Source: an uncultured archaeon
GTDB taxonomy: Archaea > Thermoproteota > Bathyarchaeia > Bathyarchaeales > Bathycorpusculaceae
Length of the DNA stretch: 64,000 nt
Reading direction: 5' to 3'
Assembly (NCBI GenBank): GCA_963782915.1
Contig: CAWALK010000022.1
Span: 265,098-329,097, forward strand
The notes under the pieces: generated by a model
Seen by the model: only the letters and a program-made list of their open reading frames with translations
Told to the model about the DNA's origin: nothing
Databases searched by the model: none
In this document: piece by piece, positions 9,909 through 23,085 of the stretch
How the letters are laid out: each line of letters starts with the position of its first letter
Numbering within the stretch: the stretch's first letter is position 1
Translations under genes and position numbers: made by a program

Positions 9909-9996
9909 TGGTGCGGAGGGTGGGATTTGAACCCACGAACCCCTGCGGGATAGGAGCCTCAGTCCTACGCCTTTGGCCATGCTGGGCGACCTCCGC
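9909..9996 (-). tRNA. tRNA-Leu(GAG), CCA encoded, no intron
   Basis: GCGGAGG acceptor stem; TAGGA-CTGAGGC-TCCTA anticodon arm; long variable arm; GTTCAAATC T-loop; ends CCTCCGC-A-CCA. Confidence 0.96.
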
Positions 9997-10095
9997 TCAA
10001 ATACAACCACTTTGAGGCTTAGCGGAGATATAGAAACATTTAGCCCATTTAAAGGCTTTACCGTTGAAAAATGCGCTGTTGAGGCAGAGCTAACA

Positions 10096-10690
10096 TCAAG
10101 TCCTCGTTTTTGACAGCAAAAAGTACCCGAATTCAGCAAGCAAGTTGGGCAGGAGCTTAACTTGGCGATTGTCGGTTTTATAGAAAGTCCGTTCGATGGT
10201 TATGCCCTTGTTTTTGCAGTAGTCACGGAAGTCGTTTAGGCTTAGGAAGTGCAGGTTTGGTGTATCATACCATTGATAATGGCAGTGAGGGCGTAACGGG
10301 AACTCGTCCTTTGAAGAATATGCTTGCCCGCGCTTTGTAGTGTGCAAAGTTGGGGATGCCAACGATTACTTTTTTGCCCACGCGCAATGCTTCTTGTAGG
10401 GCGAAGTCTGGTTTTTTGACTTGCTGAAGCGTTTGGTTGAGGATTACGTAGTCGAATGAGTTGTCTGCGTACTCGGAGAGGCCAGTGTCGATGTCTTGTT
10501 GGTAGACGTTTAAGCCTTCGGCGACACAACGGATTATAGCATGCTCGTTTAATTCTATGCCTTGCGCATGTACTTGCTTGGTTTTGGTTAGGTATGCTAA
10601 GAGTTCGCCGTCGCCGCAGCCGAGGTCCAACACTGATACGCCTGGGGGAATCCAGTCTGCTAAGGTTTTGTAATCAACTTTGTTTGCCAT
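10096..10690 (-). CDS. metW: Methionine biosynthesis protein MetW (frameshifted)
   Basis: VLDLGCGDGELL, FDYVILNQTLQ, IPNFAHY, then YQWYDTPNLHFLSL in a second frame. Confidence 0.9.
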
Positions 10691-10692
10691 TG

Positions 10693-11793
10693 TTATGTGC
10701 TTCCGTTGCTGTTGTTGACGCCTTTGAGAAAGCTGCTGATGAGCCGCCCCTCCTGTTCTGTTTCCACTAGGAAAGAGTCATGTCCATAGGTGGCATTGAT
10801 TTCGCAGTAGCTTGCATCGACGCCCTGAGAGTTTGCAGGCTTTTACGATTTCCTGGGATTGGTAGGTGGGGTAGAGCCAATCTGACTTGAAGGCGATGAC
10901 TAGCACTTTTGCGTGTAAGCCCCTGAAGATGTCTGCCGAGGCTGTGCCCGTTTAAGATGTTGAAGTAGTCTATGGCTTTGGTTATGTAGAGGTAGCTGTT
11001 TGCGTCAAATCGTCTGACAAAGCTGTCGCCTCTATTGTGGAGGTATCCTTCGACTTCGAAGTCAGCGCCAAACTTGAATGGTGCCTTGTCAGAGCGGAAT
11101 TTTCGCCCGAACTTTTCAGCCATCGAAGCGTCACTCATGTATGTTATGTGTCCTATCATCCGTGCTATGGCTAAGCCTTTGGCGGGGATGCTTTTGCCAT
11201 AGTAGTTGCCGCCCTGCCAGTCGGTGTCTGCCATGATTGCTTGGCGTGCCGACTTCGTTGAAAGCGATTTGCTGTGGATTATGCTGCAGAGCGGTAGCGA
11301 TGGGAACTGCTGAGCGGATTCGTTTTGGATATTGAGTCATCCATTGCAGAACTTGCATGCCGCCCATGGAGCCGCCGATGACGGATAGAAGCTGCTGGAT
11401 GCCTAAGTGGTCGATTAGGTGGCGTTGGGCTTTGACCATGTCGCCGATTGTGATTAAGGGGAAATCGGTTCCGTATGGTTTGCCCGTTTTTGGGTTGGTT
11501 GATGATGGTCCTGTGGAGCCGCGGCAGCCGCCGACGACGTTGCTGCATATGACGTAGTACTTGTCGGTGTCGATGCCTTTGCCGCTGCCGATTAGGTTGC
11601 TCCACCAGCCGCCTTCGCCAGCGACATGTGCGTCGCCGCTAAATGCGTGCAGAATTAGGATTGCGTTGGATTTGTCGCTGTTTAGTTTGCCGTAGGTTTC
11701 ATAGGCAAGCGTAACTGGGCCGAGTTTTTCGCCTGACTCGAGCGTTAACTCGTCGAAGGTGAACTGTTGGGTTTGTTGGGTTGTTATTAGCGT
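10693..11793 (-). CDS. metX: Homoserine O-acetyltransferase (several frameshifts; no canonical start codon)
   Basis: [42 protein letters not shown] nucleophile elbow, [32 protein letters not shown]. Confidence 0.9.
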
Positions 11794-11823
11794 TGTTTCC
11801 TCCTACAAAAAGAAAAAAGTTTG

Positions 11824-13263
<1,440 letters not shown>

Positions 13264-13303
13264 TCAGAAGAAAGAAAGTTAGAATAGCGACTTGGAACTC
13301 AAG

Positions 13304-14353
13304 TTAGTGCGTATGGTTTTCCATTTTATAGATTTGCTCAGGCTTTGAAATAGTAATTTTTGTGCCTGGAGCAACAGGTCCAGTAACCCAAACGTTCCCA
13401 CCGATAACAGAGTTGTCGCCAACTACAGTTTCTGCACCCAGCAAAGTAGCGCCTGAATAGATAACGACGTTGTTGCCGACGGTTGGGTGGCGTTTGCGCC
13501 CTTTTATGATGTTGCCTTTCTCGTCCTTGGGAAAACTCAACGCGCCCAATGTGACGCCTTGGTAGAGTTTGACGTTGTCGCCGATTTCGGCTGTTTCGCC
13601 GATGACGACGCCTGTGCCGTGGTCGATGAAGAAGTTTTTGCCGATTTTTGCGCCCGGATGAATATCTATGCCTGTCAATGAATGCATGTGTTCACTCATG
13701 ATGCGTGGAATCAACGGCACGCCGCTTAAGTAGAGTTCGTGGGCTATGCGGTAAGTGGTAATCGCTAGGACACAGGGGTAACTAAGAATAACTTCGTCAT
13801 TACTGACGGCCGCTGGGTCGCCGCTGTATGCAGCTTGGATGTCTCCGCTGAGTTTTGAGCGGATTTCAGGCAGTTTATCAAGGAGGTCACGTGACACAAC
13901 GTGCGCCCGTTTTTGGCAGAGGTCCTGTGGGCATTCGCTGATTTTTCTGCAAATATATTTCAGGCTCTTTTCAGTTTCATCTGTGAGCCGAGTGTAAACT
14001 GAGGTAATTTTGAGTCCTAAATGATACTTGATGTTGGCTTTGGTGACTTCTGAATCACCTAAGTAGCCGGGGAAAAGAATACTGAACAGGTCTTCGAGGA
14101 CTTCGATGACGACTTTTTTGGATGGGAGGTCGCGTCCTTCAAGATGGTCCATGCCGCCGAATTTTTCGTAGCTAACCATTATGTCGTCTACGAGTGCTGG
14201 GACACCTTTTAGCACCCAGTCTTGCTCTACAGTTTGGTTGTTACGCATAAGTGTGTCTAGCATGCGGTCTGGGTTCCAGCAGTCAATGTCCTTGTTTTTT
14301 TCTAGGCATTCTTTGCAGTCTTTTGGTCGAGGCTGAGTGGGGTTTATCGTCAT
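13304..14353 (-). CDS. cysE: Serine O-acetyltransferase (long EpsC type)
   Basis: [41 protein letters not shown]. Confidence 0.95.
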   Translation of the reverse strand: MTINPTQPRPKDCKECLEKNKDIDCWNPDRMLDTLMRNNQTVEQDWVLKGVPALVDDIMVSYEKFGGMDHLEGRDLPSKKVVIEVLEDLFSILFPGYLGDSEVTKANIKYHLGLKITSVYTRLTDETEKSLKYICRKISECPQDLCQKRAHVVSRDLLDKLPEIRSKLSGDIQAAYSGDPAAVSNDEVILSYPCVLAITTYRIAHELYLSGVPLIPRIMSEHMHSLTGIDIHPGAKIGKNFFIDHGTGVVIGETAEIGDNVKLYQGVTLGALSFPKDEKGNIIKGRKRHPTVGNNVVIYSGATLLGAETVVGDNSVIGGNVWVTGPVAPGTKITISKPEQIYKMENHTH

Positions 14354-14426
14354 GTCTTTTCCCTTTCCCTCTGTATTGTCGAGGGGGAAATATAAGAGAA
14401 GCGTCTTTCAAAAGGAAAAAAGGGTT

Positions 14427-15371
14427 TTAGATGGTTGGTGGTGGAGTTGGCTCCTGGAATAGTGGTGTGCTTAGGTAGCGTTCGCCTGTGTCTGGTAGGA
14501 TGACAACGATTAGTTTACCCTTGTTTTCGGGGCGTTTTGCAACTTCAATTGCTGCCCACGCTGCTGCTCCCGCGGAGATACCGACCAGTAAGCCTTCCTT
14601 TTGCGCAAGTGCTCGAGCCGTTTTTAATGCATCATCGTCTGTTACTTGTACGATTTCATCAACCAAGTTTAATTGCAGCACATCGGGTTTGAAGCCTGCG
14701 CCTATGCCCTGGATTTTGTGTGGACCTTTCTTTCCGCCGCTCAGTACTGGTGACCCTGCTGGTTCGACAGCTATTGCTTTGAACGAGGGTTTTTTTGGTT
14801 TGATGGCTTCTGCGACGCCTGTTATGGTTCCGCCTGTGCCGACACCTGCAACTACGAAGTCCACTTTGCCGTCTGTGTCTTCCCAGATTTCGGGACCTGT
14901 GGTTTCTCGGTGGACTTTGGGGTTGGCGAGGTTTTTGAATTGTTGGGGCATGAAGCTGTTGGGTGTGGCGGCGATGAGTTCTTCTGCTTTTTTGATGGCT
15001 CCGCCCATGCCGTCTGGTCCGGGTGTGAGGACGAGTTGTGCGCCGTATGCTTTGAGGAGGTTGCGGCGTTCGATGCTCATGGTTTCGGGCATGGTTAGGA
15101 TGAGTTTGTAGCCTTTGACGGCTGCGACCATGGCGAGTCCGATGCCTGTGTTGCCGGATGTGGGTTCGATGAGTGTTGCGCCGGGTTTTATTATGCCTTG
15201 TTTTTCGGCTTCATCTATCATGGCTTGGCATATGCGGTCTTTGACGCTTCCGCCGGGGTTTTTGGATTCGAGTTTAGCTACGACGGTGGCGTTTGTGCCT
15301 TCGGTTAGTTTGTTTAGTTGGATGAGTGGTGTTTTTCCGATTGTTTCTAACACGTTTTTGTTTATTTTCAT
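14427..15371 (-). CDS. cysK: Cysteine synthase A
   Basis: [47 protein letters not shown]. Confidence 0.97.
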   Translation of the reverse strand: MKINKNVLETIGKTPLIQLNKLTEGTNATVVAKLESKNPGGSVKDRICQAMIDEAEKQGIIKPGATLIEPTSGNTGIGLAMVAAVKGYKLILTMPETMSIERRNLLKAYGAQLVLTPGPDGMGGAIKKAEELIAATPNSFMPQQFKNLANPKVHRETTGPEIWEDTDGKVDFVVAGVGTGGTITGVAEAIKPKKPSFKAIAVEPAGSPVLSGGKKGPHKIQGIGAGFKPDVLQLNLVDEIVQVTDDDALKTARALAQKEGLLVGISAGAAAWAAIEVAKRPENKGKLIVVILPDTGERYLSTPLFQEPTPPPTI

Positions 15372-15385
15372 GTCACTACACTTTC

Positions 15386-15400
15386 TATAACACTGTTATA
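15386..15400. promoter_or_regulatory. Candidate operator A upstream of cysK (TATAAC-ACT-GTTATA)
   Basis: Perfect 6-3-6 palindrome ~15 nt upstream of the ATG and downstream of a BRE/TATA-like element (minus strand GAAAAGGTTTTTAAG, 15415-15429). Confidence 0.7.
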
Positions 15401-15530
15401 AGTTTTAGGTGTTGCTTAAAAACCTTTTCGGCAACCTAAGAAGCCCCAAAGAAAAACATATTCTCTGGCGGCAAACAAAGACCACCAAAACATAAACGCA
15501 ATAGAAAGAACCAATACTTAAAAAATACCC

Positions 15531-16086
15531 TCAAAGCATCCTAAGCAAGTCAGCCTTCGTAATAATACCAATGACCACGCCTTTCTTGGAAACCAAAACA
15601 GCCGAATAAGTCTGCAACAAGCTGGTAATCAACGACAAGGGGCGCATCATCGTTTATCTGCGGGAAAGCTTCCTCCATAATTCTCTCTGTGGGTTGCTTA
15701 GAAATTTCATCTAAATCTTGCCCCGCTAAAATTTGGCGTAGAATTGCTTTTTCTGAAATGCTGCCCACGGATTGTTTTCCGTCAAAAACGGGTATTTGCG
15801 AGTAGCCGTGTTCCTTCATGACTGTGACGGCTTCGGAGATTGGCTGGCTTCTTTGTACGCTTACGACTTCGGTGTGGAGGATTTTTTCTGTTTGGACTTT
15901 GGTTTTGAATTCTAAGCGTTCGAGCACGTCGAAGATTGTTCTTACTTTGGTGTATGATGAGTCGATGGTTCCAGCTTCGAGTTTGGCGATGAGGGATTGG
16001 CTTACGCCTGCGGCTTTGGCTAATTCGGATTGTTTTAAGCCTAGTTGGCGTCTGCGTTTGCCTATGTCTTCTAGTGTGGGGAACAT
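15531..16086 (-). CDS. XRE-type HTH plus tandem CBS domain regulator (COG3620-like; frameshift ~15640)
   Basis: RRQLGLKQSELAKAAGVSQSLIAKLEAG; CBS motif YSQIPV...GSISE; corrected end SLLQTYSAVLV...GIITKADLLRML*. Confidence 0.88.
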
Positions 16087-16101
16087 GGATTTTAATTGAT
16101 A

Positions 16102-16132
16102 CTTAACACTGTTATATATTCTTTTTGGAATA
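16102..16132. promoter_or_regulatory. Adjacent operator A (CTTAAC-ACT-GTTATA) and operator B (TATTC-TTTTTG-GAATA) at the HTH-CBS promoter
   Basis: 13 nt identical to the cysK site; B is identical (inverted) to the metY site. Confidence 0.65.
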
Positions 16133-16204
16133 AGCCTTTTGCCTCAGAAGAGAACAACCCACAGAATACGAGGAAAAGTTTGTCCGATTGAAATGACTTA
16201 TAAG

Positions 16205-16219
16205 TATAAGTGCGTTATA
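16205..16219. promoter_or_regulatory. Candidate operator A upstream of the divergent HTH gene (TATAAG-TGC-GTTATA)
   Basis: One mismatch to consensus; ~15 nt upstream of ATG 16234. Confidence 0.5.
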
Positions 16220-16233
16220 ATGGAACGATACTC

Positions 16234-16590
16234 ATGGACCCACAATGCGAAATAATCGGCAAATACGTCCTACCCATATTCAGCTCAATGCTAGCCAAAG
16301 AACTCGTCCAGAAATACAAGCTTTCACAGACAGAAGCAGCAAAAAAACTGGGCACCACCCAAGCCGCAGTCAGCCAATACCTCAGTTCTAAACGTGCCTA
16401 CAAAGGCGTTGAACACGTGGAGGAGTATCTTCCAAAAATTCAAGCGATGGCAGAGGAAACCGCAAGAAAAGTAATCAACAAAGAAATCAGCACAGGAGAC
16501 ATCACACCGGATTTCTGTAGCCTTTGCGCAACCTTCTGCAAAAAAGCAACACCAGCACCTGAATCTTCTAAGCCTGAATATTACATTTAA
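16234..16590 (+). CDS. HTH transcriptional regulator (COG2522-like)
   Basis: PQCEIIGKYVLP...LSQTEAAKKLGTTQAAVSQYLSSKRA; C-terminal CSLC. Confidence 0.8.
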   Translation: MDPQCEIIGKYVLPIFSSMLAKELVQKYKLSQTEAAKKLGTTQAAVSQYLSSKRAYKGVEHVEEYLPKIQAMAEETARKVINKEISTGDITPDFCSLCATFCKKATPAPESSKPEYYI

Positions 16591-16658
16591 GCTCTCTTTG
16601 GATTCAGCATCGAGTTTCTAGCAGAAACCCTAATATGATTTTTTAAGTTAATCGATGC

Positions 16659-17465
16659 TTAATGGTTCTGTAGCCAATTCTTTATGGTAGCGATGAATTG
16701 TTCCCGTTTGGCAGCATCGCATTTGCGGCGGGGCGGTACAGGGCTTAAATCGTCATAGAACCAGTGGCCAGCATCACCGAAAAACTCCAGCTTCTTATCC
16801 TTGGCTGCAAGTTTGGCATAGAGTTGTTTAGCTCCTGCCGGTTGCACTGTAACGTCTGCTTCTCCCTGCAAAATCAACGTTGGCACCTCAACATGGCAAG
16901 CGTTAGAGAGAGCGGTGTCAATTAGCTGGTGTTGTATGTTTGAGAGGTAGCTTTCTGTGAGCGCCCACGTTTCGAGGGGGTCGCTTTGCATTATTTTAAT
17001 TTCTTCTTGGTCCCTGTTTTGATCCGTGTAGATGTTGCTTATGGCACAAGCTACGGCTGGGGCAGCAAGTACCAAACCGCCAACATTGGTCGGGTGATTG
17101 GCTGCATACCAGACGCTGTAGATGCCGCCTAAGCTGTGGCCAAGCATAAACAACTTTTTCCCTTTGTGGCTATTGCGCAGATGCACTACAAAATCATCTA
17201 TGTCTTGCAAATGTCGCTGAAAATCACTCACAAAACCCTTCTGCGAACCTGCCTCCGAAGATTCGCCAAACCCCCTCAAATCCAACGCGTACACTTCACT
17301 GCCATTAGCTGCCAACTTAGGAGCTATGTTTCTGAACCACCCTGAGTAGTCGCCTAAGCCATGAATGCAAACAACCAATCGTTTTGGTGCAGTGGCTTTC
17401 CAGTAGCGGTAGGCTAAGTAGAAGCCGTCGGTGGCTTGGAATCTTTGGGTTGAATTATTGCTCAA
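16659..17465 (-). CDS. Alpha/beta hydrolase (lysophospholipase-like)
   Basis: IHGLGD, DLRGFGES, GHSLGG, QGEAD, AGH. Confidence 0.9.
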   Translation of the reverse strand: MSNNSTQRFQATDGFYLAYRYWKATAPKRLVVCIHGLGDYSGWFRNIAPKLAANGSEVYALDLRGFGESSEAGSQKGFVSDFQRHLQDIDDFVVHLRNSHKGKKLFMLGHSLGGIYSVWYAANHPTNVGGLVLAAPAVACAISNIYTDQNRDQEEIKIMQSDPLETWALTESYLSNIQHQLIDTALSNACHVEVPTLILQGEADVTVQPAGAKQLYAKLAAKDKKLEFFGDAGHWFYDDLSPVPPRRKCDAAKREQFIATIKNWLQNH

Positions 17466-18040
17466 CTCGTGTTGGCACCAGTATGGTTAGGCAGTTTTAG
17501 CTGTTGGATTTCTTGGTAGATTTCATTCCAGTTGTACACTCGTTTGGTTAAGTTTTTGACGTTAAAGGATTGGTTATAGGGGTGATCATAAACCAGAACT
17601 TTGTTGACTTTTTGGGTCCACTCTAAGGCGTCCTCCAGTGAATCCTCAACTATTACATCCAGTTTTGAGATGTTAGCTTGATACTTTTTGCCGATATTTA
17701 AAAGGTGTAGTTCATTGTAGGGGACGCCTTTGTTTTTGAGCCAACCCTGGGTGATCTCTCTAAGGTAGCTCCATCTGCCGGTCAACAGAAAGATACTGTG
17801 ACCTTCTCTGCTGAGTCGTTCCAGTGTCTCTTTAGCGCCAGTGTAGAGTGGCAAGTCTTGCTTGAGGATTTCTGTAATAAGTGCTGTTTCTTCTGCACGA
17901 GTTATTCCTAGTACGATGTTTAGGTCAAAGCAGTAAATATCCTTCTCTGTTAGAGTCACGCCATAGTTTGTTTTGATTGTGTTGATTAGGGGACCTGCAA
18001 AGTTGGCGATTACCCCGTCTATGTCGAAGCCTAAATTCAT
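17462..18040 (-). CDS. HAD-family 5'(3')-deoxyribonucleotidase-like protein
   Basis: DIDGVIA, LTGR, IVEDS, HPYN. Confidence 0.85.
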   Translation of the reverse strand: MNLGFDIDGVIANFAGPLINTIKTNYGVTLTEKDIYCFDLNIVLGITRAEETALITEILKQDLPLYTGAKETLERLSREGHSIFLLTGRWSYLREITQGWLKNKGVPYNELHLLNIGKKYQANISKLDVIVEDSLEDALEWTQKVNKVLVYDHPYNQSFNVKNLTKRVYNWNEIYQEIQQLKLPNHTGANTS

Positions 18041-18221
18041 CGATGTTTCTTCCTGAATAATACAATGAGTTTGAGCCTTTGGGTTATATGGCTTCTTGAA
18101 AAAATTATTCCAAAACAGGTTTTCCCGTTAAAGCCATAGCGATATCGATTTCTTTAGAAATAACTAAAAAATTAAGAAAAATGAATAAGCACTCAACCCC
18201 GAAGGGTCAAGCTGCCACACG

Positions 18222-18666
18222 CTAAAGCAAACGGAAGTTTTCTTTAACCGTCGTCAACACTACATGGGTGTTAGTCCGTTCAATGTAGGGCAACGCAAGC
18301 ATCTTCTTAGTGAAAGCGCCAAGGTCTTCTCGGCTCTTGAATTTAGCAATGATGACGGCATCGGTTAAGCCAGTGACGTCGTATACTCCGCAGACGTTTG
18401 GGATTTTAGCGATTTCATTCTCTGTCTCAACTAGCCTGCCTTTTGGAAACGGTGATTTCGGTGACAACCGTTAGTTGATAACCTAATTTTTCGTGGTCAA
18501 GTATGACTGAGTAACCCTTGATTAAGCCTTCATCTTCCATCTTTTTGATTCTGGACAAGACGGTGCCGACTGAAACGCCGACGTTTTTGGCGATTTGGCG
18601 ACTGGAAAACCTTGCGTCTTCTAGGAGGCCTTGGAGGATTTTAACATCTGTTTCGTTTAATTCCAT
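18222..18666 (-). CDS. Lrp/AsnC family regulator (frameshifted)
   Basis: DVKILQGLLEDARFSSRQIAK...GLIKGY plus YDVTGLTDAVII...RTNTHVVL. Confidence 0.9.
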
Positions 18667-18884
18667 ATGATCATTTCCTGCACGTTCTTTCAATTAAACC
18701 CTATTTTATGGAACACGCTTTTGATATTCAGACGATTAAGTTTATAAAAGTTTAGTTTCTCACTCGCCAAGACACCCAGCCTATTTAGGTTGATAAACCT
18801 TGGAGGACAGCTTGGCTTTAATTATAAAAAGTGAGAGTAATCTTAAATTAACCCCGAAACCCCAATAGTCCTGAGCCAACCACT

Positions 18885-20435
18885 ATGCCAGCTAAATACG
18901 ACACCATACTCGTCCTAGATTTCGGCGGACAATACTGCCACCTAATCGGTAGAAGAATCAGAGAACACGGTGTCTTCTCAGAAATCGTGCCCCACGACAT
19001 CTCACCCGAAGAAGTCAAGGCACTCAACGAAAAATTCAACGTTAAAGGCTTAATATTATCAGGTGGACCCTCAAGCGTTTATGAACCAAACGCGCCTAAA
19101 CTCCACCCACGAATTCTAGAAGTAGATTTACCAATCTTAGGCTTATGTTATGGCCACCAGCTTTTAGCCCAAATAGTTAACGGCAAAGTTGAACCTGCAA
19201 CCTGCAAAGAATATGGCATAGCCCAAGTCAACATCGACAAGCCCGTGGGCATCCTCGAAGGCTTGAGCATGAAAGAGCAGGTTTGGATGAGCCACGGCGA
19301 CACCGTCATGGCACCCCCACCAGAATTCGAATCCTTAGCACACACCGACAACTGCCCAGTCGCAGCTTTCCGCCACAAAACCAAACCCATCTACGGCCTG
19401 CAATGGCATCCAGAAGTCATCCACACCGAAAACGGCATGCGCATGCTACAAAACTTTATTTTCCAAGTCTGCAAAGCCCAAGCTAACTGGCAAATGGAAG
19501 ACCTCATCGGCAAAATGGTAAAGAACTCCAAGATGAAACAGGCGATGCCAGAGCCATCATCGGCTTAAGCGGCGGCATAGACTCGAGTGTCGCCACAGCA
19601 TTGGCTGCTAAGGCGCTTGGAGAAAAATTAACCGCAGTCTACGTTGACCATGGTTTTATGAGGGAAGGAGAAACCGAAGCCATCCGTAAAACCTTCGAAA
19701 AATTCGACATCAATTTCGTAGTCGCTGACGCCCAAGAACGCTTCATGAATAAATTAAGAGGCACAACAGAACCAGAGACTAAACGCAAGATAATGGGTGA
19801 AGAATTCATCCGAGTCTTCGAAGAAATCGCCGCCAAATCAGGCGCAGAATACCTAATCCAGGGCACAATCTACCCAGATAGAATCGAATCGGGCTTCCGC
19901 AAAAACAGCGACAAAATCAAATGCCACCACAACGTCGCTGGCTTACCAGAGAAAATAAAGTTCAAAAAAATCCTCGAACCACTCCGTGACCTCTATAAAG
20001 ATGAAGTGAGAAAAGTCGCGCGCATGCTTGACCTTCCCAAAGAGCTCGTTAACCGTCAACCATTCCCGGGACCCGGCTTAGCGGTACGCATCATCGGACC
20101 CCTAACTGATGAGAAAGTTGCCATCGCAAAGAAATCCGACCTAATCGTACAGAGAAGAAATCGAACGCTGCGACTTCGCCGAGAGCCTATGGCAGTACTT
20201 CTCAGTAGTAACCGACACCAAAGCTACGGGCGTGAAAGGTGATGCACGGGCATATGGTTACGTGGTTGCTGTGCGTGCAATGGAGAGCCGAGAAGCTATG
20301 ACAGCCAGCTTCGCCAAGATACCTTACTCGGTACTGGAGAAGATTTCCACTCGGATTACCAATGAGATTCCGCAGGTTACCCGCGTAGTATATGATGTTA
20401 CGCATAAGCCTCCTGCAACTATCGAGTGGGAATAA
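18885..20435 (+). CDS. guaA: GMP synthase, single chain (two frameshifts)
   Basis: [57 protein letters not shown]. Confidence 0.95.
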
Positions 20436-20567
20436 CTCAATTTTCCTTCTATTTTAATTAGAAAACATCGCTGCTGTTAAGCAACCCCAAAGCAGCAGAG
20501 CACGCTTTATCCATACTATTTTATATAAAAAACAACAGTTACAGTACTCCATACTCAAGGTGACAAT

Positions 20568-21623
20568 GTGAAAGCGTTGATATTAGCAGGCGGCTTTGCC
20601 ACAAGACTCCGACCCCTAAGCTGTGCGCGCCCAAAAACACTTTTCCCAATAGTCAACAAACCCCTACTCCAATGGGTGTTTGAGCGATTGGCACAGGACG
20701 GCGTAGACGAAGCCATACTCGCAGTCAACGCTTTAACACAATTCTACATCCGCCAGTATAAGCCATCGAAATGTGGCTTACGAGTCAGATTCTCCATTGA
20801 CCCGCCAAAAAAGCCTCTTGGAACCGGCGGTCCTGTGAAGAAGGCGGAGAAACTCATCGGCCGCGATGAACCATTCATCGTTTTAAACGGCGACATATTC
20901 GCAGACATAGACTACAAGAAACTGCTGGAGACTCACAAAAGAAATAACGCGCTTGTCACAATGGCGCTTTGCAGCGTAGAAGACCCCTGCAGCTTCGGTG
21001 TAGTGGAAATCCACGGCGACAACATCAAGCGGTTTGTTGAGAAGCCAGCTAAAGGGCAGGCGCCAAGCAACCTCATCAACGCCGGCGCATATGTTTTCAG
21101 CCCCGAAATCTTCGATTATATTCCCGAGGGCAGAGCAGTCTCTATTGAACGGGAAGTTTTCCCACAAATCGTTGAAGCAAACAGGATGGTCGGCTGCTGC
21201 ATCAACGGCTTATGGATGGACATAGGAAAACCCCAGGAATACTTGCAGGCAAACAAAACAGTACTGGACCATATCAACGGCACCTTAGAGAAGCCTAAAC
21301 CTGACGGTTTTAAAGTAAACTATCCGGTTGCAGTAGATCACGGCGTTTCAATCGGCGAAAAATCAGTCATCGGCCCCTACGCAATCATAGGTAAAAACGC
21401 GAAAATAGGCAAAAACGTCACCATCATTGACTCCGTTATCTTCCCGGACGTAGAAATCGCAGACGGGGCCATCATAAATGGTGCAGTAGTAGGCGAAGGA
21501 GTACATGTAGGCAAAAACGTCACATTGGAAAAAGGCTGCATAGTCGGTGACCAATCAAAAATCAAAGACAACGTACATCTGCACGATGGCTCAGCCGTGT
21601 GTCCGGCAAAGGAGATTTCTTGA
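20568..21623 (+). CDS. NDP-sugar pyrophosphorylase (mannose-1-P guanylyltransferase-like)
   Basis: ILAGGFATRLRPL, LNGDI, FVEKP, WMDIG, and a hexapeptide-repeat C-terminus. Confidence 0.9.
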   Translation: MKALILAGGFATRLRPLSCARPKTLFPIVNKPLLQWVFERLAQDGVDEAILAVNALTQFYIRQYKPSKCGLRVRFSIDPPKKPLGTGGPVKKAEKLIGRDEPFIVLNGDIFADIDYKKLLETHKRNNALVTMALCSVEDPCSFGVVEIHGDNIKRFVEKPAKGQAPSNLINAGAYVFSPEIFDYIPEGRAVSIEREVFPQIVEANRMVGCCINGLWMDIGKPQEYLQANKTVLDHINGTLEKPKPDGFKVNYPVAVDHGVSIGEKSVIGPYAIIGKNAKIGKNVTIIDSVIFPDVEIADGAIINGAVVGEGVHVGKNVTLEKGCIVGDQSKIKDNVHLHDGSAVCPAKEIS

Positions 21624-21683
21624 AAACTTTTTAAAACCGAACCTCGCTGTTAAATGGTACGAACAGTTACGAGTTGAAATCGT

Positions 21684-23058
21684 ATGAGTACAACTACTAA
21701 ACTTTTTGGAACAAACGGTATCCGCGGCCTAGTAAACATTGAATTGACGCCTGAAATGGCAATTAAAATGGGTGCATCGATTGGAACTTTTTTCGGAAAA
21801 GACAAAAACATACTCATTGGGTACGATGCACGAACCAGCGGTCCAATGTTCACTAAAGCTGTTATTTCTGGTTTGATGGCGGCTGGATGCAACGTATACG
21901 CAGCCGGTATGGCTTCTACTCCGGCTATTCAATTCGCTACTAAAAATCACAAATTCGCCGGCGGAGTAATCATATCTGCTTCACACAATCCACCGGAATA
22001 TAATGGTATCAAAGTTATCTGGAGCGACGGCATCGAAACCTCACATGAACAAGAGGTTGAAATCGAGAGCATTTACTTCGAAAACAAAATCGTTTATGCC
22101 CCATGGGATAAACTCGGAGCCAAACATGATTTGCCCGGAATAAACGATGAATACAAAGACGCAATGAAAAAGCATGTTGACGTAGCAAAAATCGCTGCCA
22201 AACACTTCCACGTCGTAGTAGATGCAGCTAACAGTGTCGGAGGAATAGCCCTACCACCACTTCTAAGGGAACTGGGCTGCAAATGCACAACCATAAACGC
22301 CAACATCGACGGCACCTTCCCCGGCAGACTCCCCGAACCCCGACCTGAAAGCCTCGGTGACTTATCTGCAACCGTTAAAGCAATCGGCGCAGACATGGGC
22401 GTCGCCTTCGACGGAGACGCAGACCGCTCAATTTTCTGTGACGGAAACGGCACCATCTACTGGGGAGACAAAACCTTCGCCGTAGTCATAAAACAGTACC
22501 TAATCAAGAATCCGGGCGCAAAAATCGTAACACCCGTAAGCTCCTCCACCCTAATCAAAGACACCGTGGAAGCTTTCAAGGGCGAATTAATCTGGACCAA
22601 AGTCGGCAGCGTAACAGTTTCACAAACAATGAAGGCGGAAAACGCCAATTTAGGAGGAGAAGAAAACGGCGGCATCTTCTATCGCCCACACCAAGCCGTA
22701 CGCGACGGAGCAATGACAACCGCGCTGCTACTCAACATTATGGCGGATACTGGAAAATCATTGGCTGAACTCGTCGCTGAACAGCCTCAATACTTTATTG
22801 AGAAAGGCAAAATCGAGTGCCCTAACAACAAAAAAGAGCCGCTGCTAGCAGAAAATCTATGAAGAAGTCAAAAACGAAAACGTCAGCACGATTGACGGGG
22901 TCAAAATCTGGTTCAAAGACGCCAGCGCTATCCTCATTCGACCAAGCGGTACTGAACCTGTCTTTAGGCTTTATGCTGAGGCAAAAGACCAAGGGAAAGC
23001 ATTAAAGCTAGTAAAAGACTACACTTCAAAACTTGAACAACTGCTAGCAACCATATAG
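21684..23058 (+). CDS. Phosphoglucosamine mutase / phosphohexomutase (frameshift ~22850)
   Basis: LFGTNGIRG, SASHNP, DGDADR, GGEENG; tail IDGVK...RPSGTEP in the next frame. Confidence 0.92.
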
Positions 23059-23085
23059 ACAAGTTCAAGCCTGAGGAACTACCCC

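Noticed and set aside
9870-10139. 89-aa minus-strand ORF
   Set aside because: Shadow ORF over tRNA-Leu and the end of metW.
14488-15111. Long antisense ORFs (207 aa here; similar ones opposite tldD, Mrp, metY)
   Set aside because: Antisense shadows of conserved genes, favoured by biased codon usage.
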